Origin: Acidimicrobiales bacterium
Lineage (GTDB): Bacteria; Actinomycetota; Acidimicrobiia; Acidimicrobiales; SZUA-35
Assembly: GCA_038212405.1 (NCBI GenBank)
Contig: JBBQUN010000001.1
Location: forward strand, 830 to 64,829
Length of the DNA: 64,000 nucleotides
Direction: 5' to 3'
Shown here: positions 1-9,373 of the stretch, piece by piece
Layout: every line of letters begins with the position of its first letter
How positions within the stretch are numbered: the stretch's first letter is position 1
Made by a program: the position numbers and the translations under genes
The notes under the pieces: model-generated
What the model was told of the DNA's origin: nothing
Databases searched by the model: none
The model's input: only the letters and a program-made list of their open reading frames with translations

Positions 1-7
1 CGAGGGC

Positions 8-199
8 ATGGACTATCAGCTCTGGTTCGTCGTGCCCGACGGGGTCGCCCCTGCCGGACTCTTCTCACCGGAAGACGGTGTGGTCGAGGCACTTCTCGAT
101 CTCGACGATGTCGAGGGTCTGGGTTGGGGCATCAGTATCGAACCCGATGCAGGCTCTGACCAGCCAACGAGCGAGGTGTTGTTCCTCGGTCTTGCGTGA
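8..199 (+). CDS. hypothetical acidic protein, possibly the 3' end of a CDS entering from upstream of the window
   Basis: ORF track 8..199. The frame stays open back to position 2. Third codon positions are G/C-biased. No motif recognised. Confidence 0.25.
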   Translation: MDYQLWFVVPDGVAPAGLFSPEDGVVEALLDLDDVEGLGWGISIEPDAGSDQPTSEVLFLGLA

Positions 200-323
200 C
201 GGTCAGCACGACGTCCGGCGCAAGGGTGCTGCCGGTTCCTTGGCCGAATCTCGACGTATGGTCCTTCAGCCACGCTGCCTTTCGACCGATACACCGACAC
301 ACGCCGACCCGGAGCCGAGTGCC

Positions 324-2141
324 ATGAAGAACCAACGTCGAGCCTGGCACCGCCGGGGAGCAATCGCGACGAGCCTCGCTGCCCTGGCCTCGGTGTCGTT
401 GCCGGTGACGGCGGTACCTTCAGCAGCCGCCCCTCAAACGTCGGCCAAGAGTGCGCTCTCGCTGGACAGCACCGTGTTGCCACCCATGACCTTTGATCCG
501 TCGCTCCCGTTCGAGATCGTTCCGGGCCGCGACACCGTCCAACCTCACGTCGACACCATCGACGGTGTCGAGCTCTCTCCCACCGAGGTCGACGCCGTCT
601 TCGCACGGGCTGAGCTCGCAGGCGAGCCCGGTCGGGCGTTGGCGACGAGCACGCAGGTCTATGACTGGCGCGGCACCACCAGCGACCCCGATGTTCGGAT
701 CGTGGCCGATGCGAACGTACCGATCGAAGTCGTGCAACTCCTCGGCGAAGTCTTCGAGGAGTGGCGTGAGGTCATCGATCTCGACATCGCTGCTCCCGAG
801 TGGCACCACATTCGCCTGGCGTGGCGAGACGACCTTCCGACCGGCGTGCTCGGTGGTGCCTCGACCGGCTGGGTCACGGTCAATCAGAACGGCTCCACGT
901 TCGTCGTGCCTCGGTTCCTGGCCAATGTGAATGGTGCCTCGACCGCCTCTGGTGCCTACGCCCTCGATCTCGTGCTGAACTCGCAGATCAACTGGGACTT
1001 TGCTATCGACCCCAACGACTCCCAGCCGAACAACGCCTACTACCTCAAGACCGTGATGCTGCACGAGGTCGGTCATGCCCTTGGGGTCGCCTCTGGTGTC
1101 GACCGCGAGCAGTCGATCAATTCCTCGGTGCTCAGCACCTGGGGCGCCACGTTCTTCGCCAACAAAAATCCCACCCAACCCTTTGCCAGCTTGCGATCGG
1201 GTGTCGTCAAGGCGAACGACCTGTGGTCGGTCAATGCCGACGGCACCTGGGAGAAGATCTTCGATCCGTTCTCGTGGAGTCAGGGTTCGAGCCTCAGCCA
1301 CCTCGACGAGAACACCTATACCTACCAGCGGGGCCAGATTCGAACACCCGGCGCGCTGATGACTCCCTTCCTCACCAATGGCGAGGTCAATCACGTCGAC
1401 GGGGTCATTGCCGGGCTGCTCAGCCAAGCCGGGTACGAAACCTTCCTCTTCCCCTCGGCGCCAGTGGTGTCGGCCGCGTCAAACAACGGCGTGCTGAGTG
1501 TCAACGTCGCACCGGGGCCTGATACGGCGATGAACGTTCCGGCCAAGCAGTGGATGGTGACGATCAAAGACCCGGTGGGAACGGTCGTCCGGCAGGCGAC
1601 CATTGCGGCCTCTGCCCGGAGTGTCGACTTCGGCGGGTTCGCAACGAGCGGCACCTACACCGCCTCGGTCGCGGCCGAGATCGATGGCCAGACCGCGCTG
1701 GCGGCGCCAGTCGGCGTCGCATTCACCGCAGTCCCTCGCACCACGATCGGCGAAGCCAGCACTCTCTTCGGCGTGATCTATGCCACCGACTACCGAGCTG
1801 ACGATGCCGACACCCTTCGGCTGTATCGAGCGTTCTTCGAACGAGATCCCGATCCCGTTGGCATCAAGTACTGGATCGGCCAGTCGCGCGGTGGGGCAAC
1901 CTATGACGACCTCGCCTACGCATTCGCCTTCAGCGACGAGTTCACCTTGCGCTATCGCAACCTGACCGACCGGCAGTTCCTCGAGTTGGTCTACCGGAAC
2001 GTGCTGGGCCGTGCCCCGGATCAGGGCGGCTTCGATTACTGGAACAACCAGATCGTCAGCGGCCTACCACGGCACCTCACGGTGCGCTGGATCGCCCAGA
2101 GCAGCGAGTTCAGCAACCGTCACCCGTACCTGCCGCAGTAG
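324..2141 (+). CDS. secreted zinc-metalloprotease-like protein with C-terminal DUF4214-type domain
   Basis: In-frame ATG at 324 begins a signal-peptide-like sequence (MKNQRRAWHRRGAIATSLAALASVSLPVTAVPSAAAP). HEVGHALG is an HExxH motif. C-terminal FLELVYRNVLGRAPDQGGFDYWNNQI resembles the DUF4214 repeat. Positions 78-323 of the tracked ORF look like non-coding read-in. Confidence 0.8.
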   Translation: MKNQRRAWHRRGAIATSLAALASVSLPVTAVPSAAAPQTSAKSALSLDSTVLPPMTFDPSLPFEIVPGRDTVQPHVDTIDGVELSPTEVDAVFARAELAGEPGRALATSTQVYDWRGTTSDPDVRIVADANVPIEVVQLLGEVFEEWREVIDLDIAAPEWHHIRLAWRDDLPTGVLGGASTGWVTVNQNGSTFVVPRFLANVNGASTASGAYALDLVLNSQINWDFAIDPNDSQPNNAYYLKTVMLHEVGHALGVASGVDREQSINSSVLSTWGATFFANKNPTQPFASLRSGVVKANDLWSVNADGTWEKIFDPFSWSQGSSLSHLDENTYTYQRGQIRTPGALMTPFLTNGEVNHVDGVIAGLLSQAGYETFLFPSAPVVSAASNNGVLSVNVAPGPDTAMNVPAKQWMVTIKDPVGTVVRQATIAASARSVDFGGFATSGTYTASVAAEIDGQTALAAPVGVAFTAVPRTTIGEASTLFGVIYATDYRADDADTLRLYRAFFERDPDPVGIKYWIGQSRGGATYDDLAYAFAFSDEFTLRYRNLTDRQFLELVYRNVLGRAPDQGGFDYWNNQIVSGLPRHLTVRWIAQSSEFSNRHPYLPQ

Positions 2142-2160
2142 CAACGAACGGCAGCGGTAG

Positions 2161-3675
2161 CTACAGCAGCTGCCCGTATTCCGATTCGAGCTGATCGAAG
2201 TCGAGGTTGCGAAGGAACCGGCTGAAGGCGATCTGTGCCGTCAGCGCATCGAGATTGCGGAACGGTTCGGGTACGAACGCTGGTGGTGCGAGCAGTCCCT
2301 CGTCGAACAGGTGGTTGACCAGGCCCATGGCCTGGAGGTCGACCTTGCCGCAGAACAGCATGGGGATTCGATCCGGTCGACCCTGGCGCAGTGCCAGCCG
2401 CACGTAGACGTAGGACAACACCAGCCCTTTGCCGTAGGCCAGATCTTTGGTGAATGGGGGACCGGTCGGTGTGCTGCCACGGAAGATGCGGGCAGCAATG
2501 CTCCAGCACTCGTCTTCGGTCAACCCCTCGGTGCGGAAGTGTTCGAAGAGCTCGACGAATGATGCCCCTTCCAGCACGAGTGACACCCCGCGCACACGGT
2601 TCGCGATGCGGCGCAAGCGACCAGGGTGGCTCCGGAGCGCGAACATCTCGGTGAGTGTCGCCAGTCCCTCCTGGGTGACCGTCGCCGGGGGAGCGGCCTT
2701 GCCAAGGAAGTTGCACCATGGTTGGGCGAGCCCGTTGCGGGTGGTGCCGACATGCACCCAACCCTCGTGAGCCTCGAGCGTTGCCAGGTCTTGCGGGCTG
2801 AACCTGGCGTCGGCGCGGAGCTTGATGTAGGTCGAGCCGGCGGCGGCGTCGGCAACCAGGCCGTCATCAAGGCGAACATCGACCGCCCCCGGGCCCATGG
2901 AAGCGTCGAGCCGGGCTTGCAGGTCATCGACGGCGGCCTGACCATCGAGATCATGAGCCGACCTGTCGATCAGCAGTGACGGTTCCAGCGCCGCGAGCGA
3001 GTCATCCAACGAGTCGGCCAGGTCTCGCACGGTGGGGCCGCCGGCGTGGAAGACCTCTTCGGGTGTGCCGTAGAGCAAGGTGGCGTAGCTACCGAAGGCA
3101 GGTTTTCCTCGGGCCTGGAGAAGATCGATCGTGAGCCGGTACTGCTCACAGGTTCGTCGTAGCAGTTGCGAGGCAGCGGTTGCGGACCCGAGTTGGGTTG
3201 CGATCTCGGTCTCGAGTTCGATGAAGCGGAGCCGCACGTCATCGGCATCGAACTTGAGAGGATTGCGCTCGTAGTAGTCGGTGTCGACGGCGGGCTGTTC
3301 CCTGAAGTTCGAAGCGAAGAAGCCATCACGGATGTTGTCGGTCCACTTCACCGCATCGAGTACTCGGATCTCGGCCTGGGCCTCGATGAGTCGATCCGAC
3401 AACTGGCGGATGGTGGCCCGATGGTCACCCTGTTCGGCGGTGACGGTCTCGACAGTGTCGGTCATCTCCATAGTGAACAGCCTCGACATGACGAGAACAC
3501 CCGTCACTTTGCGCCAGTGTCGGCGATTCTTGCCCTCATCGCCGCCGCTCCAGCTCGTGAGCTCGATCTCGGCAGTGGTTGGTGGAGCGGTTCCCGTGAT
3601 CTTCTCGGTGTGGGTCTTTTGCTCGCCATCTGACATCGGGAGCTGCATCGTTGCCCAGAACCTGTCCTCGTACAC
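2161..3675 (-). CDS. DUF1704 / QEGLA-motif protein (tyrosine/phenylalanine carboxypeptidase-like)
   Basis: VTQEGLATLTE QEGLA motif and LEAHEGWVHVG metal-site-like motif. Start is uncertain: 3675, or internal ATGs at 3489/3471/3465. Confidence 0.75.
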   Translation of the reverse strand: MYEDRFWATMQLPMSDGEQKTHTEKITGTAPPTTAEIELTSWSGGDEGKNRRHWRKVTGVLVMSRLFTMEMTDTVETVTAEQGDHRATIRQLSDRLIEAQAEIRVLDAVKWTDNIRDGFFASNFREQPAVDTDYYERNPLKFDADDVRLRFIELETEIATQLGSATAASQLLRRTCEQYRLTIDLLQARGKPAFGSYATLLYGTPEEVFHAGGPTVRDLADSLDDSLAALEPSLLIDRSAHDLDGQAAVDDLQARLDASMGPGAVDVRLDDGLVADAAAGSTYIKLRADARFSPQDLATLEAHEGWVHVGTTRNGLAQPWCNFLGKAAPPATVTQEGLATLTEMFALRSHPGRLRRIANRVRGVSLVLEGASFVELFEHFRTEGLTEDECWSIAARIFRGSTPTGPPFTKDLAYGKGLVLSYVYVRLALRQGRPDRIPMLFCGKVDLQAMGLVNHLFDEGLLAPPAFVPEPFRNLDALTAQIAFSRFLRNLDFDQLESEYGQLL

Positions 3676-4494
3676 TTGGCCCCCGTGATCACGTCCCCAC
3701 GCATCGGTCTGGTTCTCGGCGCAGGCGGAGTGCCGGGTGGGGCCTATATACGAGCGGTGCTCGCCGAGATCGAAACGGTCACCGGCTGGTCAACAGCCAG
3801 TGCAACCACGATCATCGGTACGTCGGTCGGCGCCCTCAACGGGGCCCGTCAGCCACTGCCGAACCTGGCAGCCCCGGCAACGTCGGAACAGCTCTCCGGG
3901 ATCGCACACCTGTCCGGCGCGCTCTCGCTGCCGAACGCCTCGGTGGCGACGCCGCTGGTGGCGAAGATCCGACACTACGGCGGGCAGGCTGCTGCTCGCC
4001 TTGCGCCGGCAGGTTCGCATCCGCAGGACTATGACGTGGCCGCTCCGCCCTATCACCCGGGGGTCGTCGCCGTCTCGGTCGTTCGACGCTCGGGGCGGCG
4101 GCGCGCCACTGTCTTGGCGAACGCTGGATTCCCGCAAGACGAGTTGTATGCCTCGGCGGCGGTACCTGGATACGCCTTGCCTGTCATCATCGACGGCGAG
4201 GAGCGCATCGACGGTGCGGTCTGGTCGTCGACCAACGCCGACCTCGTCGGGATCGAAGACCATGACGCACTGGTGGTGATCGCTCCAATGGCGGCGCGGA
4301 TGGGGGGCAACCTCTTGGCCCGAACGCATCGAGCACAGCTCATCGTGGAACTGAGACGGTGGGCCGAGTCAGGCAAGCCACTGGTCGTCGTCAACCCAAC
4401 TGGCGAAGAGCAACAGCTCCGACCCGTCCATGCCGCATTCGCCGCCACAGGGCGGCAACGAGTGCGCGATGGGTGGGATCGAGGACCGATGTGA
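3676..4494 (+). CDS. patatin-like phospholipase
   Basis: GLVLGAGGVPGG glycine-rich loop, GTSVGA (GxSxG) and IDGAV (DGA/G) catalytic Asp motif. Start is TTG 3676 or GTG 3685. Confidence 0.85.
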   Translation: MAPVITSPRIGLVLGAGGVPGGAYIRAVLAEIETVTGWSTASATTIIGTSVGALNGARQPLPNLAAPATSEQLSGIAHLSGALSLPNASVATPLVAKIRHYGGQAAARLAPAGSHPQDYDVAAPPYHPGVVAVSVVRRSGRRRATVLANAGFPQDELYASAAVPGYALPVIIDGEERIDGAVWSSTNADLVGIEDHDALVVIAPMAARMGGNLLARTHRAQLIVELRRWAESGKPLVVVNPTGEEQQLRPVHAAFAATGRQRVRDGWDRGPM

Positions 4495-4498
4495 GCGG

Positions 4499-5707
4499 GT
4501 GGCGCCGGTAGGGTTGGCCGCGATGGTTCGTCGCCCACCCCTGGTCTTCATTTTCTCGGTCACCGTCGCCGGGATCCTGGCGAACACGCTGCTCAGCCCC
4601 AATATCCCCGATGTGCTCGACGCGTTCGACCAGCCCGAATCCCGCGCCGGGATCCTCGTGGCGAGCGGTCCGTTGCCCGGCGTCCTGGTGGCGCCGATCA
4701 TCGGGATCGTCGCCGATCGACTCGGTCGTCGACGGGTGCTGCTTCCCTGCTTGGTGCTGTTCGGACTGGCAGGATTGGCGGCTGCCACCGCCCCCACGTT
4801 CGAGTTCCTTCTTCTGGCCAGAGTGATCCAGGGCGTTGGCGGAGCGGGGCTGATCAATCTGGCGGTGGTGATGATCAGTGACTTCTGGAGCGGGTCGGAG
4901 CGAACCGCACTGATCGGTCGCAACAGCGCCGTGCTCACCGTGTGTCTGGCGTTGATCCCATCATTCAGTGGGCTGCTCGCGTCAGTCGCGAGCTGGCGTT
5001 GGTCACTGGCCTGCGCGTCGCTCGCTCTGCCGGTTGCCGCCTTCGGCTATCGCCACATGCCCCGCGTCGACACCGTCGCCACCACGACCATCGGCGACCA
5101 ACTTCGCGGCACCCGACGCGCCGTCCGCCAGCCGGTGATCTTGGCGGTCATCGTGGCATCGGCGCTGCTGTTCATGGTGATCTTCGGCGTGTTCCTCACC
5201 ACGCTGCCGGTGCACCTCGAAAAGGAGTTCGATCTCGGCCCAGGGGCCCGTGGACTGATCCTGTCTGCGCCGGCGATCGGCTCGACCCTGGTCGCCTTCA
5301 ACCTCGGTCGGATTCGGGCACGATTCTCGGTTCGCAAGGTCTTGGTGGCATCGAGCGTGCTGATCTCGGTGGCGGCGTTTGCCATCGGCGTTGCGCCAAC
5401 CATCGTGCTGATCGTCGCTGCCTCGATCATCTACGGATTGGGCGATGGTCTCGCCATCCCATCGCTCCAAGACGTGACCGCCAGCTCGGCGCCCGAAGGC
5501 CAGCGGGCCTCGGTCATGGCCGGCTTTGTCTCGGCCACCCGTCTGGGGCAGACCGTCGGCCCCGTTGGCGCGTCGGCCATCTTTGCCGCAACGTCGACAT
5601 CAACGGCCATGATCATCGGCGCCGCCATCTTCGCCGCGGTGGCGATCGGCTTTGTCATCGGCCCGATCGACGAGCGAGCAATTGCTCGGGCTGCTGCGGC
5701 GACATGA
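4499..5707 (+). CDS. MFS transporter
   Basis: Multiple hydrophobic helices throughout. The VADRLGRRRV loop resembles MFS motif A. GTG 4499 lies just after the patatin stop; ATG 4523 is an alternative start. Confidence 0.85.
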   Translation: MAPVGLAAMVRRPPLVFIFSVTVAGILANTLLSPNIPDVLDAFDQPESRAGILVASGPLPGVLVAPIIGIVADRLGRRRVLLPCLVLFGLAGLAAATAPTFEFLLLARVIQGVGGAGLINLAVVMISDFWSGSERTALIGRNSAVLTVCLALIPSFSGLLASVASWRWSLACASLALPVAAFGYRHMPRVDTVATTTIGDQLRGTRRAVRQPVILAVIVASALLFMVIFGVFLTTLPVHLEKEFDLGPGARGLILSAPAIGSTLVAFNLGRIRARFSVRKVLVASSVLISVAAFAIGVAPTIVLIVAASIIYGLGDGLAIPSLQDVTASSAPEGQRASVMAGFVSATRLGQTVGPVGASAIFAATSTSTAMIIGAAIFAAVAIGFVIGPIDERAIARAAAAT

Positions 5708-6516
5708 CCGATTTCTCCTTGCTCCTGGCACCGGTCGAGTCGATCATTCGTCGCGTCTCCGCATCGATCATCGAGCCCCGCTTCCGGGCCTTGACCGCCG
5801 ATCAGGTGATCGAGAAGCGACCGGGCGACGTGGTCACCATCGCTGACCGAGAAGCAGAGTCGGCACTCGGCGCAGCATTCGAACTCCTGCTTCCCGGTGT
5901 GCCCGTGGTCGGTGAGGAAGCGGTGAGTGCTGACCCGAGCGTGCTCAGCCACCTCGACACTGCGAGCTTGGCCTGGATCGTCGACCCGATCGACGGGACG
6001 AAGAACTTCGTCAACGGCTCGGTCGATCACGCCGTGATGGTCGCCCTGGTCGAGAATCATCGACCGAAGGCGTCGTGGATCTGGTACCCCGACGCCAAGG
6101 TGATGCTCACCGCGACGGCTGGCGGGGGCGTTCACCGAAACGGCGAGCCAGTCGAGCGAATCGAGCGCGGCGAACGGGCAAGCGACCTGTCAGGTGTTGT
6201 GAAAGCGGGCTTCGCTCCTCAAGTGATTCGAGCTGCGATCAAGAAACGCCAAGCCGGTTTCGGCATGGTGAACCGCGGGCGGGGCTGCGCTGGTGTCGAG
6301 TACGCCGATGTGGTTGCGGGTCGTCGGGATTTCATCCTCTACGGGTTCGCCCACCCGTGGGACCACCTGCCCGGCTCGCTGATGATCACCGAACTCGGCG
6401 GCCACGTCGCGCACCTCGACGGTGCGCCGTACACCCCGACGTCGCGTCAAGTCGGCCTCCTCATCGCTGCGAGTGCCGAGGTGTGGACCGTGGCTCGCCG
6501 CCAACTCTTTGGCTGA
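5704..6516 (+). CDS. inositol monophosphatase family protein
   Basis: ATG 5704 overlaps the MFS stop (ATGA). Motifs VTIADREAE, VVGEE and WIVDPIDGTKNF match IMPase signatures. Only the 3' part of the tracked 4942..6516 ORF is credible. Confidence 0.85.
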   Translation: MTDFSLLLAPVESIIRRVSASIIEPRFRALTADQVIEKRPGDVVTIADREAESALGAAFELLLPGVPVVGEEAVSADPSVLSHLDTASLAWIVDPIDGTKNFVNGSVDHAVMVALVENHRPKASWIWYPDAKVMLTATAGGGVHRNGEPVERIERGERASDLSGVVKAGFAPQVIRAAIKKRQAGFGMVNRGRGCAGVEYADVVAGRRDFILYGFAHPWDHLPGSLMITELGGHVAHLDGAPYTPTSRQVGLLIAASAEVWTVARRQLFG

Positions 6517-6551
6517 GCTAGCACTCGGCGTCGCTCATGAATCGGCGACGT

Positions 6552-8090
6552 TCACGAATCGGCGACGATCACGACGATGGTGTGGAGTCCCGTGGCGCCG
6601 TTCGGCAATGGATCCACACGTTCGGCGTCTTGCACCTCGCCGTCGTTGTTCGTCGAGCGAACCGACACCGAATGGCGACCGGGCGTTGCCTCCCACACCA
6701 TCTGCCACTGGCGCCAGGTTGCCCCACCAACGTCTTCGCCGAGGTCGGCCGCCATCCACTCGCCGTCGTCGATCTTGACCTCGACCTTGGCGATCCCGAC
6801 CGGTTGTGCCCAGGCAACACCGCCAAGTGGCACCGCCCCGGCAGGTATGGTCGCCAGCGTCTTCGGCGTATCGATTCGGGTCGATTGTTTGATCGGCGCC
6901 ATCGATGCATAGCCACGTGGCACCCAATACGAATCGAAGGCGTCGAAGGTGGTGAGCTCGATTTCGCTCAGCCACTTGGTGGCCGACACATAGCCATAGA
7001 GGCCGGGCACGACGAGGCGAGCCGGAAACCCGTGCTCCAACGGGAGCGGCTCGCCGTTCATCGCAACGGCGACGATGGCGTCTCGGCCATCGAGTGCGGC
7101 CACGGGGAAGCCGCAGGTGTAGCCATCGACGGACCGGCCAACGATCTGATCGGCTGCCGGGTCGATCCCCGCTTCGCTCAGGAGATCATCGAGCCGTACG
7201 CCCAGCCAGCGAGCCGTACCGACCAAGCCACCGCCAACGAGGTTCGAGACACACGTCATGGTGATGTCGGTCTCGATCATCGGCTGGCGAAGCAACTCGT
7301 CGAAGCTCATCGAGAACGGACGCTCGACCATGCCCTTCACGCTGAGCGACCAGTCGTCGGTTCGCACCTGGGGCACCGTCAGCGCAGTATCGATCCGATA
7401 GAAGTCGCGGTTGGCGGTGTAGAAGCCCGTCTCGACGATCGGAGGAATCGCTGCCACCGGGGCAGGCAACCGCACCGCCGCCCGGGAGTCGCTGGCACTG
7501 AACCGAGCTTCCAGGCTTCGCCCGACCGCAGCGGCGCCAGCTCCCGTAGCAGCGAGGATGGCCGTCGCGCCGAGGAAACGCCGCCGACTGTTCGGTACCA
7601 GGTCGGCGATCGATTGGCTGGGCTTTGCGAGCTCTCGCTTCCTTGGCTCGAGCACGTGTGCTCGCTGGAGCGCAATCAACGCGACGCCAGTGGCAATCGA
7701 GCCGACGATCGTGGGAATGATCGACCACCACGAACCACCCGATCGCCCGGAAATCGCAGCGGCAGAACCAACAACGGCGAACAGCGAGATCCCGGCGCCG
7801 GCAAGGCGCGCGCTGTGTCGGAAGACGATCACGCCGATACCAGCGGCGTAGATCGCAAGCACGGCTCCGATACCGACGAGGAGTGCGATCTTGTCGTTCG
7901 TGCCGAACCACTCGATTGCCAGGTTCTTCATGAACACCGGAACCAGGTCGACCGCCTTGTTGCCGACATCGAGGATTGGCGAGCGCAGTCGTGCGGACAG
8001 CCCGGCAACGATCTCGGCCGTCCCCAGGCCAAACCCGGCTGCGGTGATGCCGCCAAGAGCGGCGAGCGGTCGGGACGGAGGTGTCGGCAT
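6552..8090 (-). CDS. molybdopterin-dependent oxidoreductase (sulfite-oxidase fold) with N-terminal membrane domain
   Basis: N-terminal hydrophobic helices followed by FYRIDTAL...TMTCVSN...HGFPARLVVPGLYGYVSATKWL, which is typical of the SUOX/YedY family. Start taken at ATG 8090 (MPTPPSRPLAAL). Confidence 0.85.
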   Translation of the reverse strand: MPTPPSRPLAALGGITAAGFGLGTAEIVAGLSARLRSPILDVGNKAVDLVPVFMKNLAIEWFGTNDKIALLVGIGAVLAIYAAGIGVIVFRHSARLAGAGISLFAVVGSAAAISGRSGGSWWSIIPTIVGSIATGVALIALQRAHVLEPRKRELAKPSQSIADLVPNSRRRFLGATAILAATGAGAAAVGRSLEARFSASDSRAAVRLPAPVAAIPPIVETGFYTANRDFYRIDTALTVPQVRTDDWSLSVKGMVERPFSMSFDELLRQPMIETDITMTCVSNLVGGGLVGTARWLGVRLDDLLSEAGIDPAADQIVGRSVDGYTCGFPVAALDGRDAIVAVAMNGEPLPLEHGFPARLVVPGLYGYVSATKWLSEIELTTFDAFDSYWVPRGYASMAPIKQSTRIDTPKTLATIPAGAVPLGGVAWAQPVGIAKVEVKIDDGEWMAADLGEDVGGATWRQWQMVWEATPGRHSVSVRSTNNDGEVQDAERVDPLPNGATGLHTIVVIVADS

Positions 8091-8196
8091 GCTCGTGGTT
8101 CGGAGCCGACCTGAGGGTGGATTGGCGAACCAATCCAAATCGGCCTTCCCTCCGAAGCATGGTCGACGAACCATCAGCAAACGAACGGCGAGATCG

Positions 8197-8484
8197 GTGT
8201 ACCAACGAACGACAGCTTCGGCGGAAACGCAGACATCGTTCGTCGATGCTCACCTTGCGGTTGGCGCCTTCGTCTGTGATGCACTCGACCCGAGCGAACG
8301 GATCGAGTTCGAGCGGCATCTCAGCAGTTGTGTGACGTGCCGCGATGAGGTCAAGGCCTTCAACGAACTGGTGCTGCACCTCGGGGTGCGTGGTGTGCAC
8401 CCGTCACCGCTGGTTCGATCCAGCGTGCTGGGATCGCTGCGCCATGTCCGGCAAGCGTCACCAACGGTGGCCCCCCGCCCCTGA
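8197..8484 (+). CDS. small ZAS-type (zf-HC2) anti-sigma factor-like protein
   Basis: AFVCDAL...FERHLSSCVTCRDEV matches the Cys plus HxxxCxxC pattern of RsrA-like anti-sigma factors. GTG 8197 is the first start that does not overlap the divergent gene. Start uncertain. Confidence 0.55.
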   Translation: MYQRTTASAETQTSFVDAHLAVGAFVCDALDPSERIEFERHLSSCVTCRDEVKAFNELVLHLGVRGVHPSPLVRSSVLGSLRHVRQASPTVAPRP

Positions 8485-8515
8485 CACGGCGAGGAGGATG
8501 GTGTCGACCTGTCGG

Positions 8516-9310
8516 TCAGGCCGGCGGGTCCCATGGGATACAGGCCGAGAGTTGGCGGCCCTGCGCGAGGAGTCGACCGTCGCTCGACCACGCCTCGGTC
8601 TCGGTATCGACGTAGCCGTCGATGGAGATGGTTGCTCGATTGGTCATGGCGACCCAGCCTTGGTAGGGCGTCTCGAGCGTGTCGAAGACGTGGACGGTCA
8701 AGTCGATGGTGGTTGCCATGAGGCTTGGGCCGTCGAGCATGAGGAGCGGCGGGGGCCAGGCGTCGCATAGTGCCACCAGCATGGCGAGGTCGATCGGGGA
8801 GTGATCGACCGGGCGAATCCAGCCCGATACCTCGGCGAGCGGACCTCGAATCGCAGGAAAGCCGCCGCGCACGTAACGGGTGTCATACCGCGAACGAATC
8901 ATCTTGGGATCGGGCCACTCCTCCGGCTCGATCGATTCGGGATCGGGGAAGGCGGGTGCCGAGCGCACGTTCCAGGTTGGTCCTTCCCGCTTGGCCGCCA
9001 GCACGCCGCGTCCGACGGCGAGCAGCTTGCCCTCGCGGCTGAGGTTGGCGTCGATCACCGTGGCCGATCGGCCTTCGCGCAGCACACCGGTCTGGAGCTC
9101 GGCCATTCCGGGGGTGCCGGGAGCGAGACAGTGCACGGTGAGTGAACGAAGATCGTTGCGATCGGTTGCGGTCATCAGGCCCTTGGCCAGCAGACCGGCA
9201 AGATAGCCGCCGTTCGCTCCCACCCCGACGGACCAGCGATCCGATACATCGACGCGATACCCGCCGGTTCGCGTCAGTTCGAGCGCGGTGTCAGTGTGGA
9301 ATTGGTTCAC
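8516..9310 (-). CDS. acyl-CoA thioesterase-like (double hotdog) family protein
   Basis: GANGGYLAGLLAKGL N-terminal motif and overall layout resemble TesB-like thioesterase family proteins. Confidence 0.7.
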   Translation of the reverse strand: MNQFHTDTALELTRTGGYRVDVSDRWSVGVGANGGYLAGLLAKGLMTATDRNDLRSLTVHCLAPGTPGMAELQTGVLREGRSATVIDANLSREGKLLAVGRGVLAAKREGPTWNVRSAPAFPDPESIEPEEWPDPKMIRSRYDTRYVRGGFPAIRGPLAEVSGWIRPVDHSPIDLAMLVALCDAWPPPLLMLDGPSLMATTIDLTVHVFDTLETPYQGWVAMTNRATISIDGYVDTETEAWSSDGRLLAQGRQLSACIPWDPPA

Positions 9311-9373
9311 GGGTGAGCTCCTCGGGTGACTCCGGAGCGTGCCCGGACCGCCTTGTTTGTCTGGAATACTGTG

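Noticed and set aside
4942-5703. N-terminal 254 codons of the tracked 524-aa ORF 4942..6516
   Set aside because: This part is out of frame inside the MFS transporter gene and translates to an Arg/His/Pro-rich sequence. Only the part from ATG 5704 onward (the IMPase family protein) looks real.
6537-8400. Long overlapping ORFs 6537..8114 (+) and 7186..8400 (-) around the molybdoenzyme gene
   Set aside because: The alternative frames of 6552..8090 (minus strand) have no motifs, whereas the chosen frame has clear SUOX-family and transmembrane signatures.
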